From NCBI GenBank assembly GCA_963786935.1, contig CAWBAN010000001.1, forward strand, positions 1,280,001 through 1,344,000: DNA of 64,000 bases, written 5' to 3'. Below the pieces are notes generated by a model. That model worked only from the letters and a program-made list of their open reading frames with translations. It searched no databases and was not told the DNA's origin. Positions 39,252-48,993 of the stretch are shown here, in pieces. A program made the translations under genes and the position numbers. The first letter of the stretch is position 1; each line of letters starts with the position of its first letter. Source of the stretch: an uncultured bacterium (lineage in GTDB: Bacteria; Krumholzibacteriota; Krumholzibacteriia; Krumholzibacteriales; Krumholzibacteriaceae).

Positions 39252-41684
39252 TTACCTTTGTTTCTTGTGCAGTTCCGCGCGGAGCTTCCCCTGCAGCTCG
39301 ATCGGGAGCGCCTTCCCTTTCGGGCGTTCCGGCGCCGGCGCCTCGTCGCGAGCGCGCTCCGCGGGCCGCGGCACGTACGGCTCTTTCTGCAAGAGCGCGT
39401 GGAGAATGACGAGCGCCGCCTCCTTGTCGGGGATCATCCCCTTCCCTCCCGCCTCGGGATCGAGCTGGGAGAAGGGCGGTATCGGCGAGCCGACGCATGA
39501 CGGGCAGCCGTGGCTGCACGGGCACGTCACGATGAGCTCGAGCGCCGCGGTCATGATTTCCTCGACGAGATCGTACGCCTTGAGCGAGAAGCCGAGCCCG
39601 CCGGGATATTTGTCGTAGAGATAGACCGCGGGGCTGTCGGTCGAGCGGGAGTTCACCGTCGTGCCGATGTCGAGCGGATCGCACATCACGTAGAGCGGCG
39701 TCACCTCGCGGAGCACGTTCGAGAGGCCGAGGAGCCCCTCCCCCGGCACGCGCCCGTGCCGCCGCACCTCGGCGAAGACCTCCTGCGGCGGCACGACCCA
39801 CACCCCCGCCGTCTCGAGAATCTGCGGAGGGAGGTCGCATTTGCCGTAGCCGATCGAGTCGCGGCTTCCGAACTTGATCTTCCTGAACATGAAGGTGAGG
39901 CTCGTCACGGAGACGTCGCCGAAACAGACCTTACTGATCCGCCACTCCTTCGCCTTCTCCTCGCGGTCCACCTTCACCTGCACCTCGGTGATCGACTGCG
40001 TGTAGTAGTCGACGTTCGTGGGCTCGACGAAGGCGACTTTCTTGTCGGTGTCGAGCTTGTTCACGAAGTACGTCTCGGCCTCGTGGAGGTAGATCGCCTG
40101 CGGGTGCACCTGCTGGAAGGCGCTCGTCTCGTCGATCGTGCCGATGACCTTCGCGCCGTCTTTCTCGTTCACGATCGTGTAGACGTTCGGCGAGATGTTG
40201 CGGAGGTTCACGTCGGCGCTCGGGTATCCCTTCCCGGTCCAGTACCATTTGCCCTTGAGGAACTTTACGTCGTGCTCGTCCTCGAGGAGCTCGAGGATCG
40301 CGGGAGCGAACTCCCCCATCGCCTCGACCTCCTTCACCTCGAGCGGGAGCTCGAAGGCGCCGGAGCGGAGGTGCGCCATGAGGATGTGCGGATTCCCCGG
40401 ATCGATGATCGCGTTCTCGGGGGATTTGCCGAAGAAGTACTCCGGATGGCTCACGAGGTACTGATCGAGGGGCGTGTTGTACGGGATGAATATCGTGAGC
40501 GCCTCTTCCTTGCCGCGCCCCGCGCGCCCCGCCTGCTGCCACGTCGAGGCGATGCTTCCCGGATAGCCGACGATGACCGAGGCATGAAGGGCGCCCACGT
40601 CGATCCCGAGCTCGAGCGCGTTCGTGCTGATGACGGCCTTGAGATCGCCGCTGAAGAGCCGCCTCTCGATTTCCCGCCGCTCCTCGGGGAGATAGCCGCC
40701 GCGGTACGGATGCACGGAGTCCTTCATCGAGGCGCGGTGCTTGCCGAGCATCTCGCGCGTGTATCGCGTGATGACCTCGCTCACGACGCGTGCGCGCACG
40801 AAGGCGATCGTCTGGACGTCGTCGAGCACGAGCTTCGTCACGAGCTCCGCGGCCTCGATGTTCGAGCTCCGCCGCTCCATCTCGCCGACGTCGATCGTCG
40901 GGGGATTCCAGAAGAGAAACTGCTTGCGGCCGCGCGGGGAGCCGTCCTCGGCGATCACCGTGACCTTCCGCCCGAGGAGCTTCTCGGCGTGCTCGCCGGG
41001 ATTGGCGATCGTGGCCGAGGAGGCGGCGAAGACGGGATGCGCCCCGTAGTGGGCCGCGATGCGGTCGAGCCTCCGCATCACGTTCGCGATGTGCGAGCCG
41101 AAGATTCCGCGGTAGGTGTGGATCTCGTCGATCACGATATACTGCAGCCGCGAGATGAAATTCGCCCACTTCGCGTGGTTCGGGAGGATTCCCGAATGGA
41201 GCATGTCGGGGTTCGTGAGGAGCACCTTCGCCTCCTCGCGGAGCTTCCGGCGGCTCGAGGCCGGCGTGTCGCCGTCGTAGGTGCCCGCCTCGAACCTGAT
41301 CCCCTTCGGTCCCATGTAACGCTGGAGCACGCGGAGCTGATCCTGCGCGAGCGCCTTCGTCGGATAGAGGTAGAGGGCGCGCGCCTCGGGATCCTCGATG
41401 AGGCTCGAGAGCACGGGGATGTTGTAGCAGAGCGTCTTTCCGCTCGCGGTCGAGGTGACGATGACGACGTCCGCGCCGGCGCGGAGGCTCTTCACCGCCT
41501 CGACCTGATGCACGTAGAGCTTCTCGATGCCGGTGCCCTTGAGGAGCTTCGCGAGCTTCTCGGGGAGCGGCGGCTCCAGCTCGCCGAAGCGCGCGGCCCG
41601 CGTCGGGATCGTGTGCTTGTGGGCGATCTGCCCCTTGTAGAACTCCTCGACCTGAACCTTCTTGAGAAACTTGGTGACTTCCAC
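39252..41684 (-). CDS. mrfA: YprA/MrfA-family DEAD/DEAH helicase with DUF1998 Zn domain
   Basis: LYVHQ, TASGKT, PTKALAQDQ, IDEIHTYRG, LELGIDVG, QQAGRAGR, CPCSHGCPSC. Confidence 0.9.
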   Translation of the reverse strand: MEVTKFLKKVQVEEFYKGQIAHKHTIPTRAARFGELEPPLPEKLAKLLKGTGIEKLYVHQVEAVKSLRAGADVVIVTSTASGKTLCYNIPVLSSLIEDPEARALYLYPTKALAQDQLRVLQRYMGPKGIRFEAGTYDGDTPASSRRKLREEAKVLLTNPDMLHSGILPNHAKWANFISRLQYIVIDEIHTYRGIFGSHIANVMRRLDRIAAHYGAHPVFAASSATIANPGEHAEKLLGRKVTVIAEDGSPRGRKQFLFWNPPTIDVGEMERRSSNIEAAELVTKLVLDDVQTIAFVRARVVSEVITRYTREMLGKHRASMKDSVHPYRGGYLPEERREIERRLFSGDLKAVISTNALELGIDVGALHASVIVGYPGSIASTWQQAGRAGRGKEEALTIFIPYNTPLDQYLVSHPEYFFGKSPENAIIDPGNPHILMAHLRSGAFELPLEVKEVEAMGEFAPAILELLEDEHDVKFLKGKWYWTGKGYPSADVNLRNISPNVYTIVNEKDGAKVIGTIDETSAFQQVHPQAIYLHEAETYFVNKLDTDKKVAFVEPTNVDYYTQSITEVQVKVDREEKAKEWRISKVCFGDVSVTSLTFMFRKIKFGSRDSIGYGKCDLPPQILETAGVWVVPPQEVFAEVRRHGRVPGEGLLGLSNVLREVTPLYVMCDPLDIGTTVNSRSTDSPAVYLYDKYPGGLGFSLKAYDLVEEIMTAALELIVTCPCSHGCPSCVGSPIPPFSQLDPEAGGKGMIPDKEAALVILHALLQKEPYVPRPAERARDEAPAPERPKGKALPIELQGKLRAELHKKQR

Positions 41685-41756
41685 GAGCGCTCCTTTGCGC
41701 CGCCGCGAGGCGCCGTGCGGACGGCGCGCCGCCGCGCGGGCGGCCCGCCGATTATA

Positions 41757-42638
41757 TCAGGATTCGCGCGAAAGGAAAACGGTGACGAGCTGCAGCATCG
41801 TCACGAGATCGAGCCGGTTGTGGTGAATGACGTTCGCCATGTCCTTGGCGTCGCGCGTCCGCACGAAGTCGTGGTACGCCTGCGGGATCTCGGCGCCCGG
41901 TATGTCGCCCACCCGCTTCCGTCCGCAGAAGTGCGCCTCGAGCGTCTGAAGCCGGTGATTCGGCGTCCGGTCCTTGACGACGGCGCGCGCGACGAGAAGG
42001 AGATCGATATGCGTCGGGGGCGCGGCGAGGGCGAGCCGGTGGACGGTGACCCGCTCCTGGATGTACGGCATGTCGAACGAGATCCCGTTGAACGTGACGA
42101 GCACGTCGAATCGCGGGAGCAGCTCCGCGAGAAATCCGAGCACCGTCTCCTCCTCGGAATAGTCGCGCGCGAAGAGCTGATCGACGACGAGGCGGGCCCC
42201 CGACTCGCGGGCGGACGTGTACATGAGCCCGACGAGGAAGAGCGGAGACATGCGGAGCCCGGTCGTTTCGATATCGAGGTAGCAGATCCGCTCGGGGCGC
42301 GCGGCCTTGAGGGGTGCGAGCGCCGCGAAGCCGCCCCCCTCGGGGAAGAACGGATTCCCGAGCGTCTCGAGATATTCGCGATGAAAGGCGTCCGCGTCCG
42401 GCCACACGTTTTCGGCGCCGGTGAGCACCCGGTAGAAGGCGCCTCCGCCGAAGGGCGTCACCTCTCCCGGGACGGCTTCGAACAGATCCACGGGATCGGC
42501 GGTCCTTCCCGTGCCGGCAAAGCCCCGGGGGCCCGATCGCCCGGAGAGCCCCGCGACGCGGTGCCGGCTGAAGGCCCCCTCGGCCTTCCTTTTCAGCTCA
42601 TCGAGCTCCCGCTTGATATCGATATGACGATCTGCCAT
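41757..42638 (-). CDS. mrfB: YprB/MrfB-family RNase H-like exonuclease
   Basis: YLDIETTGL, VTFNGISFD, HIDL, HNRLD; directly upstream of the YprA helicase. Confidence 0.85.
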   Translation of the reverse strand: MADRHIDIKRELDELKRKAEGAFSRHRVAGLSGRSGPRGFAGTGRTADPVDLFEAVPGEVTPFGGGAFYRVLTGAENVWPDADAFHREYLETLGNPFFPEGGGFAALAPLKAARPERICYLDIETTGLRMSPLFLVGLMYTSARESGARLVVDQLFARDYSEEETVLGFLAELLPRFDVLVTFNGISFDMPYIQERVTVHRLALAAPPTHIDLLLVARAVVKDRTPNHRLQTLEAHFCGRKRVGDIPGAEIPQAYHDFVRTRDAKDMANVIHHNRLDLVTMLQLVTVFLSRES

Positions 42639-42793
42639 GCAGCTATTACTGGCACAACCCGGCCAAAATAGCAATATTTGTGAAACGGGCCGTCCTGCGG
42701 CCCGTTTCTTGCAAAAATCTTTCAGGGGCGGCACGCTTTCTCTTGACGCGGTTCGGGGCTTTGAGCTATTTTTCGGCAAATTACGGTAACGCT

Positions 42794-44122
42794 ATGGAAA
42801 ATGATAAATTAAAATCCATCGTGCTCGCGACCGGGACGATCATTCTGCTCTTCCTCGTGGTGACGAATCCAGGGATGCAGAAGGACGCGATCTGGCGCGC
42901 CGCCTCGTCGAGCGGAGATTCCGCCGTCGCCGTCGCCGCCGCCCGCACGCCGAATTTCGCGGGAATCGTGAGCCGCAACATGTCATTCTTCGACCTCATG
43001 ACCAAGTGCGGGCTGGATGCGCCTTCGATCAAGCTCATCGAGAAGGCGGCCCGCAACGTCTACGATTTCAGAAGGATCTATCCGGGCCAGAAGTACGAGG
43101 TGTACGCCGCCGAGGACGGGAGCATCGAGAGCATGCAGTTCTCCGTCGGGGACACGTCGTACATCGACATCAGCATCAAGGACGGCGACATATCGGCCGA
43201 GCGGAAGGCGTACGAGTTCAGCACGCATCTGCGGACCGCATCGGCGACGATCACGAACAGCCTCTACGTCGCGTGTCAGGAGCAGGACATCCCGCTCGAG
43301 ATATTCGGTCAGCTTGCGGACAACATCTTCGGATGGGACATCGATTTCCACCACGACATACAGAAGGGCGACTATTTCAAGATCATCTATGAGGAGCGCA
43401 CCCGGTTCGACGGCCTCAAGAAGATGGGGCGCATCCTCGCGGCCGAGTTCTATACGGGCGGACGGGCCCACTACGGCTTCCTGTTCAAGAACGAGAACGG
43501 AAGACCGGACTACTACGACGAGAACGGAAAATCGCTGCGGAAGGCGCTCCTGAGGGCGCCCCTTCCCTTCGGAGCCCGAATCAGCTCGAACTTCAATCCC
43601 CGCCGCTGGCACCCGGTGCTGCACCACTATGCGCCGCACCTGGGGGTCGATTACGCGGCGCCCGTCGGCACGCCCGTCATGGCGACCGGAGATGCCAGCG
43701 TTCTCGAGACGGGGCACAACAGCGCGAACGGCAGGTACATCAAGCTGCGCCACCCGAACAGTTACGTCACCTACTACCTTCACCTCTCCCGCTTCGCGAA
43801 GGGAGTCCATCCGGGCGCGAGCGTGCGGCAGGGACAGACGATCGGGTACGTCGGCAGCTCGGGGTACTCGACGGGCCCCCACCTCGACTACCGCGTCAAG
43901 AAGGGGAACACCTTCGTCAATCCGCGGAAGATCTCGCTTCCGCCGGCCGCGCCGGTGACGAACACCAACATGGCCGCGTTCATCGACGTGCGCGACCGGC
44001 ACCTCGCCCGCCTCGCGAGCGTTCGCGTCGACGACGGCGCGGCGAACGTGGCGTCCTCGGCCCCCGCCGGAGACGAAAAGGCCCCCGCGCGCGGCGAATC
44101 CGCTTCTTCCGTCTCGCACTAG
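42794..44122 (+). CDS. M23 peptidoglycan DD-metalloendopeptidase (MepM-like)
   Basis: N-terminal anchor; HLGVDYAAP.GTP, YLHL, STGPHLDY. Confidence 0.92.
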   Translation: MENDKLKSIVLATGTIILLFLVVTNPGMQKDAIWRAASSSGDSAVAVAAARTPNFAGIVSRNMSFFDLMTKCGLDAPSIKLIEKAARNVYDFRRIYPGQKYEVYAAEDGSIESMQFSVGDTSYIDISIKDGDISAERKAYEFSTHLRTASATITNSLYVACQEQDIPLEIFGQLADNIFGWDIDFHHDIQKGDYFKIIYEERTRFDGLKKMGRILAAEFYTGGRAHYGFLFKNENGRPDYYDENGKSLRKALLRAPLPFGARISSNFNPRRWHPVLHHYAPHLGVDYAAPVGTPVMATGDASVLETGHNSANGRYIKLRHPNSYVTYYLHLSRFAKGVHPGASVRQGQTIGYVGSSGYSTGPHLDYRVKKGNTFVNPRKISLPPAAPVTNTNMAAFIDVRDRHLARLASVRVDDGAANVASSAPAGDEKAPARGESASSVSH

Positions 44123-44126
44123 AGCG

Positions 44127-44696
44127 ATGATCGCGAAAAAGGCAATCCTCGTTCATGCATGCTGCGCTTCGTGCTCGAGCTACGTTCTCGAGCATCTCGC
44201 CGAAACGCACGAGGTCACGGCGTTCTTTTTCAATCCGAACATCCATCCCGACACCGAGCACGAGCTCCGTCTCGCCGAGATGCGATCCGTCTGCGCCGGG
44301 CTCGGAATTCCGCTCGTCGCGGGTGACTATCCGGCGGAGCGCTGGCGGAGCGCCGTCGATCCGTTCCGGGACCTGCCCGAGAGGAGCGAGCGCTGCTGGA
44401 CCTGCTACCGGTTCAGGATCGAGGAGACGGCGAAAAAAGCCGCGGAGCTCGGCATCCCGCTCTTCACGACGACCCTCTCGGTGAGCCCGCACAAGTCGCA
44501 CGAGCGAATCGCCGCGATCGGCCGGGAGGCCGCGGCGATGCACGGCGTGGAGTTTCTCGCCGAGGATTTCAAGAAGAAGGACGGCTTCAAGATCAGCGTC
44601 GCGCGGAGCCGCGAGCGGGGCCTCACGCGGCAGGACTACTGCGGTTGTCTCATGAGTCTCGAAGAGGCCCGCCGGCGGAGCGCGGAGCGTTCGTAA
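44127..44696 (+). CDS. queH: Epoxyqueuosine reductase QueH
   Basis: HACCASC, FNPNIHP, RCWTCY, FTTTL.VSPHK, RQDYCGC. Confidence 0.92.
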   Translation: MIAKKAILVHACCASCSSYVLEHLAETHEVTAFFFNPNIHPDTEHELRLAEMRSVCAGLGIPLVAGDYPAERWRSAVDPFRDLPERSERCWTCYRFRIEETAKKAAELGIPLFTTTLSVSPHKSHERIAAIGREAAAMHGVEFLAEDFKKKDGFKISVARSRERGLTRQDYCGCLMSLEEARRRSAERS

Positions 44697-44753
44697 CGGG
44701 CTCTCTTCGCGTTCGCCGCGGATGACGCCGATATCGACGCGTTTGCAGGCGGT

Positions 44754-45806
44754 CTATCTTTTCCCCATCAGAATGAGCCGCTTGTCGGACGGCGATTCCA
44801 CCTCTCCGATGACGGCGGCCTCCCGCACTCCTCTTTTCCGCAGCGCGGCGAGATAGCGCGCCGCGCTCCGGCGCGGCATCGAGACGAGGAGCCCGCCCGA
44901 GGTCTGGGGGTCGCAGAGGAGCATCGCGAGCGCCGGAGAGATCTTCCCCTCTGAGATGAGGTCATCCTTCACATACTCGTGGTTCGCCATGCCGCCTCCC
45001 GTGAGAAATCCGCGCCTCGAGAGGTCGAGCGCTCCCGGGAGCAGCGGAATCGCGCGGGTATCGATGCGAAGGCTCACGCCGGAGGCGCGGGCCAGCTCGA
45101 GGGCGTGGCCGAGCAGGCCGAATCCCGTGATGTCGGTGCACGCGCGCGCGCCGAAGCGCTGGAGTCCCTCGGCGGCGTCGCGGTTGAGCGCGGCCATGAC
45201 GCGATAGAAGAGCTTTTCGCGGCGCGGCGAGAGGGCGCCGTTCTTGAGCGCCGTCGAATAGATCCCCGTCCCGATCGGCTTCGTCAGGACGAGAACGTCT
45301 CCGTTTTCGGCCCCTTCCTTGCGCAGCACGCGGTCCGGGCGGATGAGCCCGACGACGGAGAGCCCGTACATGAGCTCCGCCCCCCTGATCGTGTGCCCGC
45401 CGACGATGACCGCTCCGGCTTCGTTCACCTTCGCCGCGCCCCCCCGCAGGAGCTCGCCGAGCGCCTCGAGCGGCATGTCTCCCTTCGGAAACACGACGAT
45501 GTTGAGCGCGGTGATCGGCCTCGCCCCCATCGCGTAGACGTCGCTGAGGGCGTTCGCCGCGGCGACCTGCCCGAAAACGTACGGATCGTCCACGATCGCC
45601 GGGAAGAAATCGACGGTGAGCACGAGCGCCGTCTCGTCGTTCACGCGCACGACGGCGCTGTCATCCGCCTGATTGCATCCGACGATCACATCGGGATGAC
45701 ACTGCGGGGGCAGATTTTCGAGCACCGGCCACAACTCCGTTGGGCTGAGCTTCGCCGCTCAACCGGCGCAGGACGCCATGGCGGTCAGGCGCAGCTTTCT
45801 TTTCAT
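44754..45806 (-). CDS. selD: Selenide, water dikinase (selenophosphate synthetase), selenocysteine-containing
   Basis: ATG 45806 gives MKRKLRLTAMASCAG-UGA-AAKLSP in frame with TVDFF, AAANALSDVYAMG, GGHT, DITGFGL, DPQTSGGLL. Confidence 0.95.
45728..45745 (-). promoter_or_regulatory. Putative bacterial SECIS hairpin of selD
   Basis: 13 nt after the UGA: GCC-CAAC-GGA-GUUG-U-GGC, a stem with a bulged U and a G-containing loop. Confidence 0.6.
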
Positions 45807-45858
45807 CTCCCCGTTTCTCCCGGTAAAGGCCCCATTGCCGGCGGCCGGGCCGCCCCTC

Positions 45859-46035
45859 TCACGAGCCGATCTCGCGTATCGCGCCGACCGGACAAATCGC
45901 GGCGCAGGCGCCGCATGACGTGCAGAGCGCGGCGTCGATGCGGTAGATGTCGTCCCCCTCGGATATGACCTCGACGGGACATTCGCTCTGGCACGCGCCG
46001 CAGCAGATGCACTCGGTCGTTATTTCGTACGCCAC
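45859..46035 (-). CDS. 2[4Fe-4S] ferredoxin
   Basis: GGAGGAG RBS, GTG start; CICCGACQSECP and CTSCGACAAICP. Confidence 0.92.
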   Translation of the reverse strand: MAYEITTECICCGACQSECPVEVISEGDDIYRIDAALCTSCGACAAICPVGAIREIGS

Positions 46036-46126
46036 GCATCTCCTCCACAAGAAGGCGACTTCGAGACCACCCATTCATAGCCCGGGTGCCAAAACACGTC
46101 AACGGCAAATATCGGCTGCCCCGCGG

Positions 46127-48970
46127 CTATTTTCCCCGCGGCGTCTCCGGCCCGGACTGCTTGCCCTGCGCCGCTTCCGGCACGAGATTGAGCATGCTCG
46201 CGCGGTCCCACGCCAGGTTCGTTTCGACGGCCTCGCGCACGCCTTCGACCGGCGCGGCGCCGATGAGCTCTTTCATCGACTGATACGGGAGAACGCCGCC
46301 CAGCAGAAGGTCGAATCCGAGCGCGTACGCCGCGTTGATGCTCGAAAGCTCGCTGCGGCCGCGTTTGCCGAGGAGACGGTTCTTCGCGATCTCGACTTCC
46401 GTCCGATCCGGCGGGCGCTCGGCGAGCCCCCTGATCTCGCGTTCGAGCGACGAGCGGGCTTCTTCGATGCGCGGCGCGCCGGTGCCGAGGTAGGCGATCA
46501 CGACCGCTCCGCCCGGGTACGGCGTCACGCCGCATTCGATCGAGTAGGAGAGCCCTTGCTTCTCCCGCAATTCGAGCTGCATGCGCCTCGACAGCGCCTC
46601 CCCGGCGACCATGAGCGAGGCGAGACGGGACGGCGACGATGTCCGGACGAGCCATCCGGCCGCGATGTAGGCGCCCTCCTTGCGAATCGTCTTCTCGATG
46701 GAGCCTCCGGGCGGCGGTTCCGGGAGCGGCGGGCACTCGACGGCCGCGCCCGCCGGAAATCCCGCGAGAAGGTCCTTCAGCGCCGCGCACCCGTTCGACG
46801 CCGGCTCCGGCGAGACGAGCGTCGCGATGATGTTGCGGCCCGCGAAGAGCCGCTCCCGGAGAGCCGCGAGATCCTCCATCGGCACGCGCATCATCGGCCC
46901 CGGGGAGGGGAACAGAGGCACGGCGAACGGATGGCTCCGGAACAGCGCTTCGATCATCGTCGTCCGCATCGTGTAAACGGGGGATGCCGAGCGCATGCCG
47001 ACCTCGCGGGCGAGCGACTGCTTCGCCGCGTCGAGGTCGTCCGCGGTCGCCTCGGAGCCGAGGAGATACGCGACAAGCAGTCTCGACGCTTCGCGCATCG
47101 TCCGCGCCGGAGCCTCGAGGCGAATGAATGCGAAAGAAGGATTCAAGAGATAGTCGTCCTGCGGCATGTATGGATTGTCGCCGAACTGGATCCGCGCGCC
47201 GAGCGCGTCGAGCTTCTCCGCGAGCGCCTTCCCGCCGGCGGAGTTTTCGAGGAGCGTGACGAGGAGCTCGGCGAGACCGGTCGGCGGCCCGCTCTCGGCG
47301 CAGGCGCGCCCGCGGAACATGAGGTGGAGCGCGGCGACCGGCGAGCCGGGGCGCGACACCGCCGCAATCGTGCAGCCGTTGGACAGGGAATCGATGCAGG
47401 GAAGCGGCCGCTCCGAAGAGCGCGCGGGGAGCCTTTCAGCCTTCGCGCTCTCGACCGCGCGGTTCGATCCTGCATCGGGCGGCGTTCCCATCGAGCGCGG
47501 CATTCCGGCGCTCATCCCTGAAGGGCGCGGCATACCCCCCGGCATCCCCGGCGAACCGGGCATTCCGGGCGGCCCCGGCCTTCCCGGGCCCTCGCCCGGG
47601 CCCGTCTTCTTTTCGATAAAGCACGCGTTGAACTTCAGCGGGCGGAACGCCCTGCCGACGAGCTTCGCGCAGTCTTTCGCGGTCACGAGCGCCGTCGCGT
47701 CGATCTGCGCGAGATATCGGGCCCCGTGAAGCGCGATCGCCTCTCCCCGCGACATGACGTAGAAATGATACATCTCCCGGTCGAACATCTCCGCCGAGAG
47801 AAACGAAACGCGGGCTCTCTCGAACTCCGCCCCCGACGGCGTCCAACTCGCGAGGCTTTCGAGCGCGGCGGGAACCTTCTCGTACGCAGCGCGTCCCGGT
47901 GCCGGCGCTCCTCCGCCGCCGGTCATGCCCTTCTGCGCCGACATGCCCATGGGCATCCCCATTCCGGCGGTCCCCCGTCCCTCCTCCGCCGCGCCGACGT
48001 GAATCCTGAGCGCCGCGAAGCTCCCGTGTATCTCGAGGCCCACCTCGGGCGCCGGGAGCCCGATCTCCGCGAGCTTCTTCGCGAGCGGGGAGCTTTCGCC
48101 CTCGAGCATTCTCGCGACGAGGAGCGCCGCGGGGAAATCGCTCTCGCCGACCGCGGGCAGCGGGACGAGCACATCGAGCCCCGGCTCGCCTCCCGCAACG
48201 GAGTCCACGGCGGTTTCGTTCTCCCATTCGGGACGGGACGCCGCGCCGCAGGCCTTGGCGGCCGATCCGGCCGGGAAGTACCTGTCAACGAGAGCCTCGG
48301 CGGTCCTCTTCTCGAAGCTCCCCATGATGACGATTCTCATGTTGGAGGGCCGGTAGAAGGTCCGGTAGAACAACGTGAGGGCGGAATCGCTCATCGCGCG
48401 AATCGTTTCCGGATAGCCGATGACGGGTTCGGTGAGGGACGTCCCGCGATAGAGCGCCCGATCGACGACCCCCTCGAGAGAGGCGCGCGGATCGTCCCGC
48501 TCGCGGCGGATTTCCTCGGCGATCACCTTGCGCTCCTTCTCGATCTCTTCCGGAAGGAACGTCGAATGGAGCAGCATCTGAGAGAGGATATCGACTCCCG
48601 TTTCGAAATGAACGGACGGCACGAGGAGAAAGAAGACGGTCGTCTCCGTGCGCGTGAAGGCGTTGAGAAAACCGCCGACGTCGTCCACCCAGCCGCTGAT
48701 CTCCTCGCGGCTGTAGCGCTCCGATCCGTCGAAGGCGAGATGTTCGATGAAATGCGTCGCTCCCCGCGTATCAGGCGTCTCGCAGACCGAGCCGGCGTTG
48801 ACTGCGACCATGACACAGACGACGTCGCTTCCCTCGCGCCGGTCGAGCAGAATCTCCGGGCCGTTCGGCCGCTTGATCACCTCGATCGAACCGGCGGCCC
48901 GGAGCGACACGGCGCCCATGAGAAGCGCCGCGGCGGCGGCGATTGCGCACCGTACCGGCTTTCCGCGCAT
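46127..48970 (-). CDS. Secreted M16 (pitrilysin-family) zinc peptidase
   Basis: Start MRGKPVR at 48970 with signal peptide; HFIEH, LNAFT, LREKQGLSY. Confidence 0.88.
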   Translation of the reverse strand: MRGKPVRCAIAAAAALLMGAVSLRAAGSIEVIKRPNGPEILLDRREGSDVVCVMVAVNAGSVCETPDTRGATHFIEHLAFDGSERYSREEISGWVDDVGGFLNAFTRTETTVFFLLVPSVHFETGVDILSQMLLHSTFLPEEIEKERKVIAEEIRRERDDPRASLEGVVDRALYRGTSLTEPVIGYPETIRAMSDSALTLFYRTFYRPSNMRIVIMGSFEKRTAEALVDRYFPAGSAAKACGAASRPEWENETAVDSVAGGEPGLDVLVPLPAVGESDFPAALLVARMLEGESSPLAKKLAEIGLPAPEVGLEIHGSFAALRIHVGAAEEGRGTAGMGMPMGMSAQKGMTGGGGAPAPGRAAYEKVPAALESLASWTPSGAEFERARVSFLSAEMFDREMYHFYVMSRGEAIALHGARYLAQIDATALVTAKDCAKLVGRAFRPLKFNACFIEKKTGPGEGPGRPGPPGMPGSPGMPGGMPRPSGMSAGMPRSMGTPPDAGSNRAVESAKAERLPARSSERPLPCIDSLSNGCTIAAVSRPGSPVAALHLMFRGRACAESGPPTGLAELLVTLLENSAGGKALAEKLDALGARIQFGDNPYMPQDDYLLNPSFAFIRLEAPARTMREASRLLVAYLLGSEATADDLDAAKQSLAREVGMRSASPVYTMRTTMIEALFRSHPFAVPLFPSPGPMMRVPMEDLAALRERLFAGRNIIATLVSPEPASNGCAALKDLLAGFPAGAAVECPPLPEPPPGGSIEKTIRKEGAYIAAGWLVRTSSPSRLASLMVAGEALSRRMQLELREKQGLSYSIECGVTPYPGGAVVIAYLGTGAPRIEEARSSLEREIRGLAERPPDRTEVEIAKNRLLGKRGRSELSSINAAYALGFDLLLGGVLPYQSMKELIGAAPVEGVREAVETNLAWDRASMLNLVPEAAQGKQSGPETPRGK

Positions 48971-48993
48971 GACGGTCCTCCCTTTCCGGAATG

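Noticed and set aside
39252..42638. YprA-family helicase as part of the defence island (DISARM DrmB or Druantia-like)
   Set aside because: It has host-like GC and codon style and is paired with a YprB exonuclease, which fits the MrfAB DNA-repair pair; no DrmA or other partners are present
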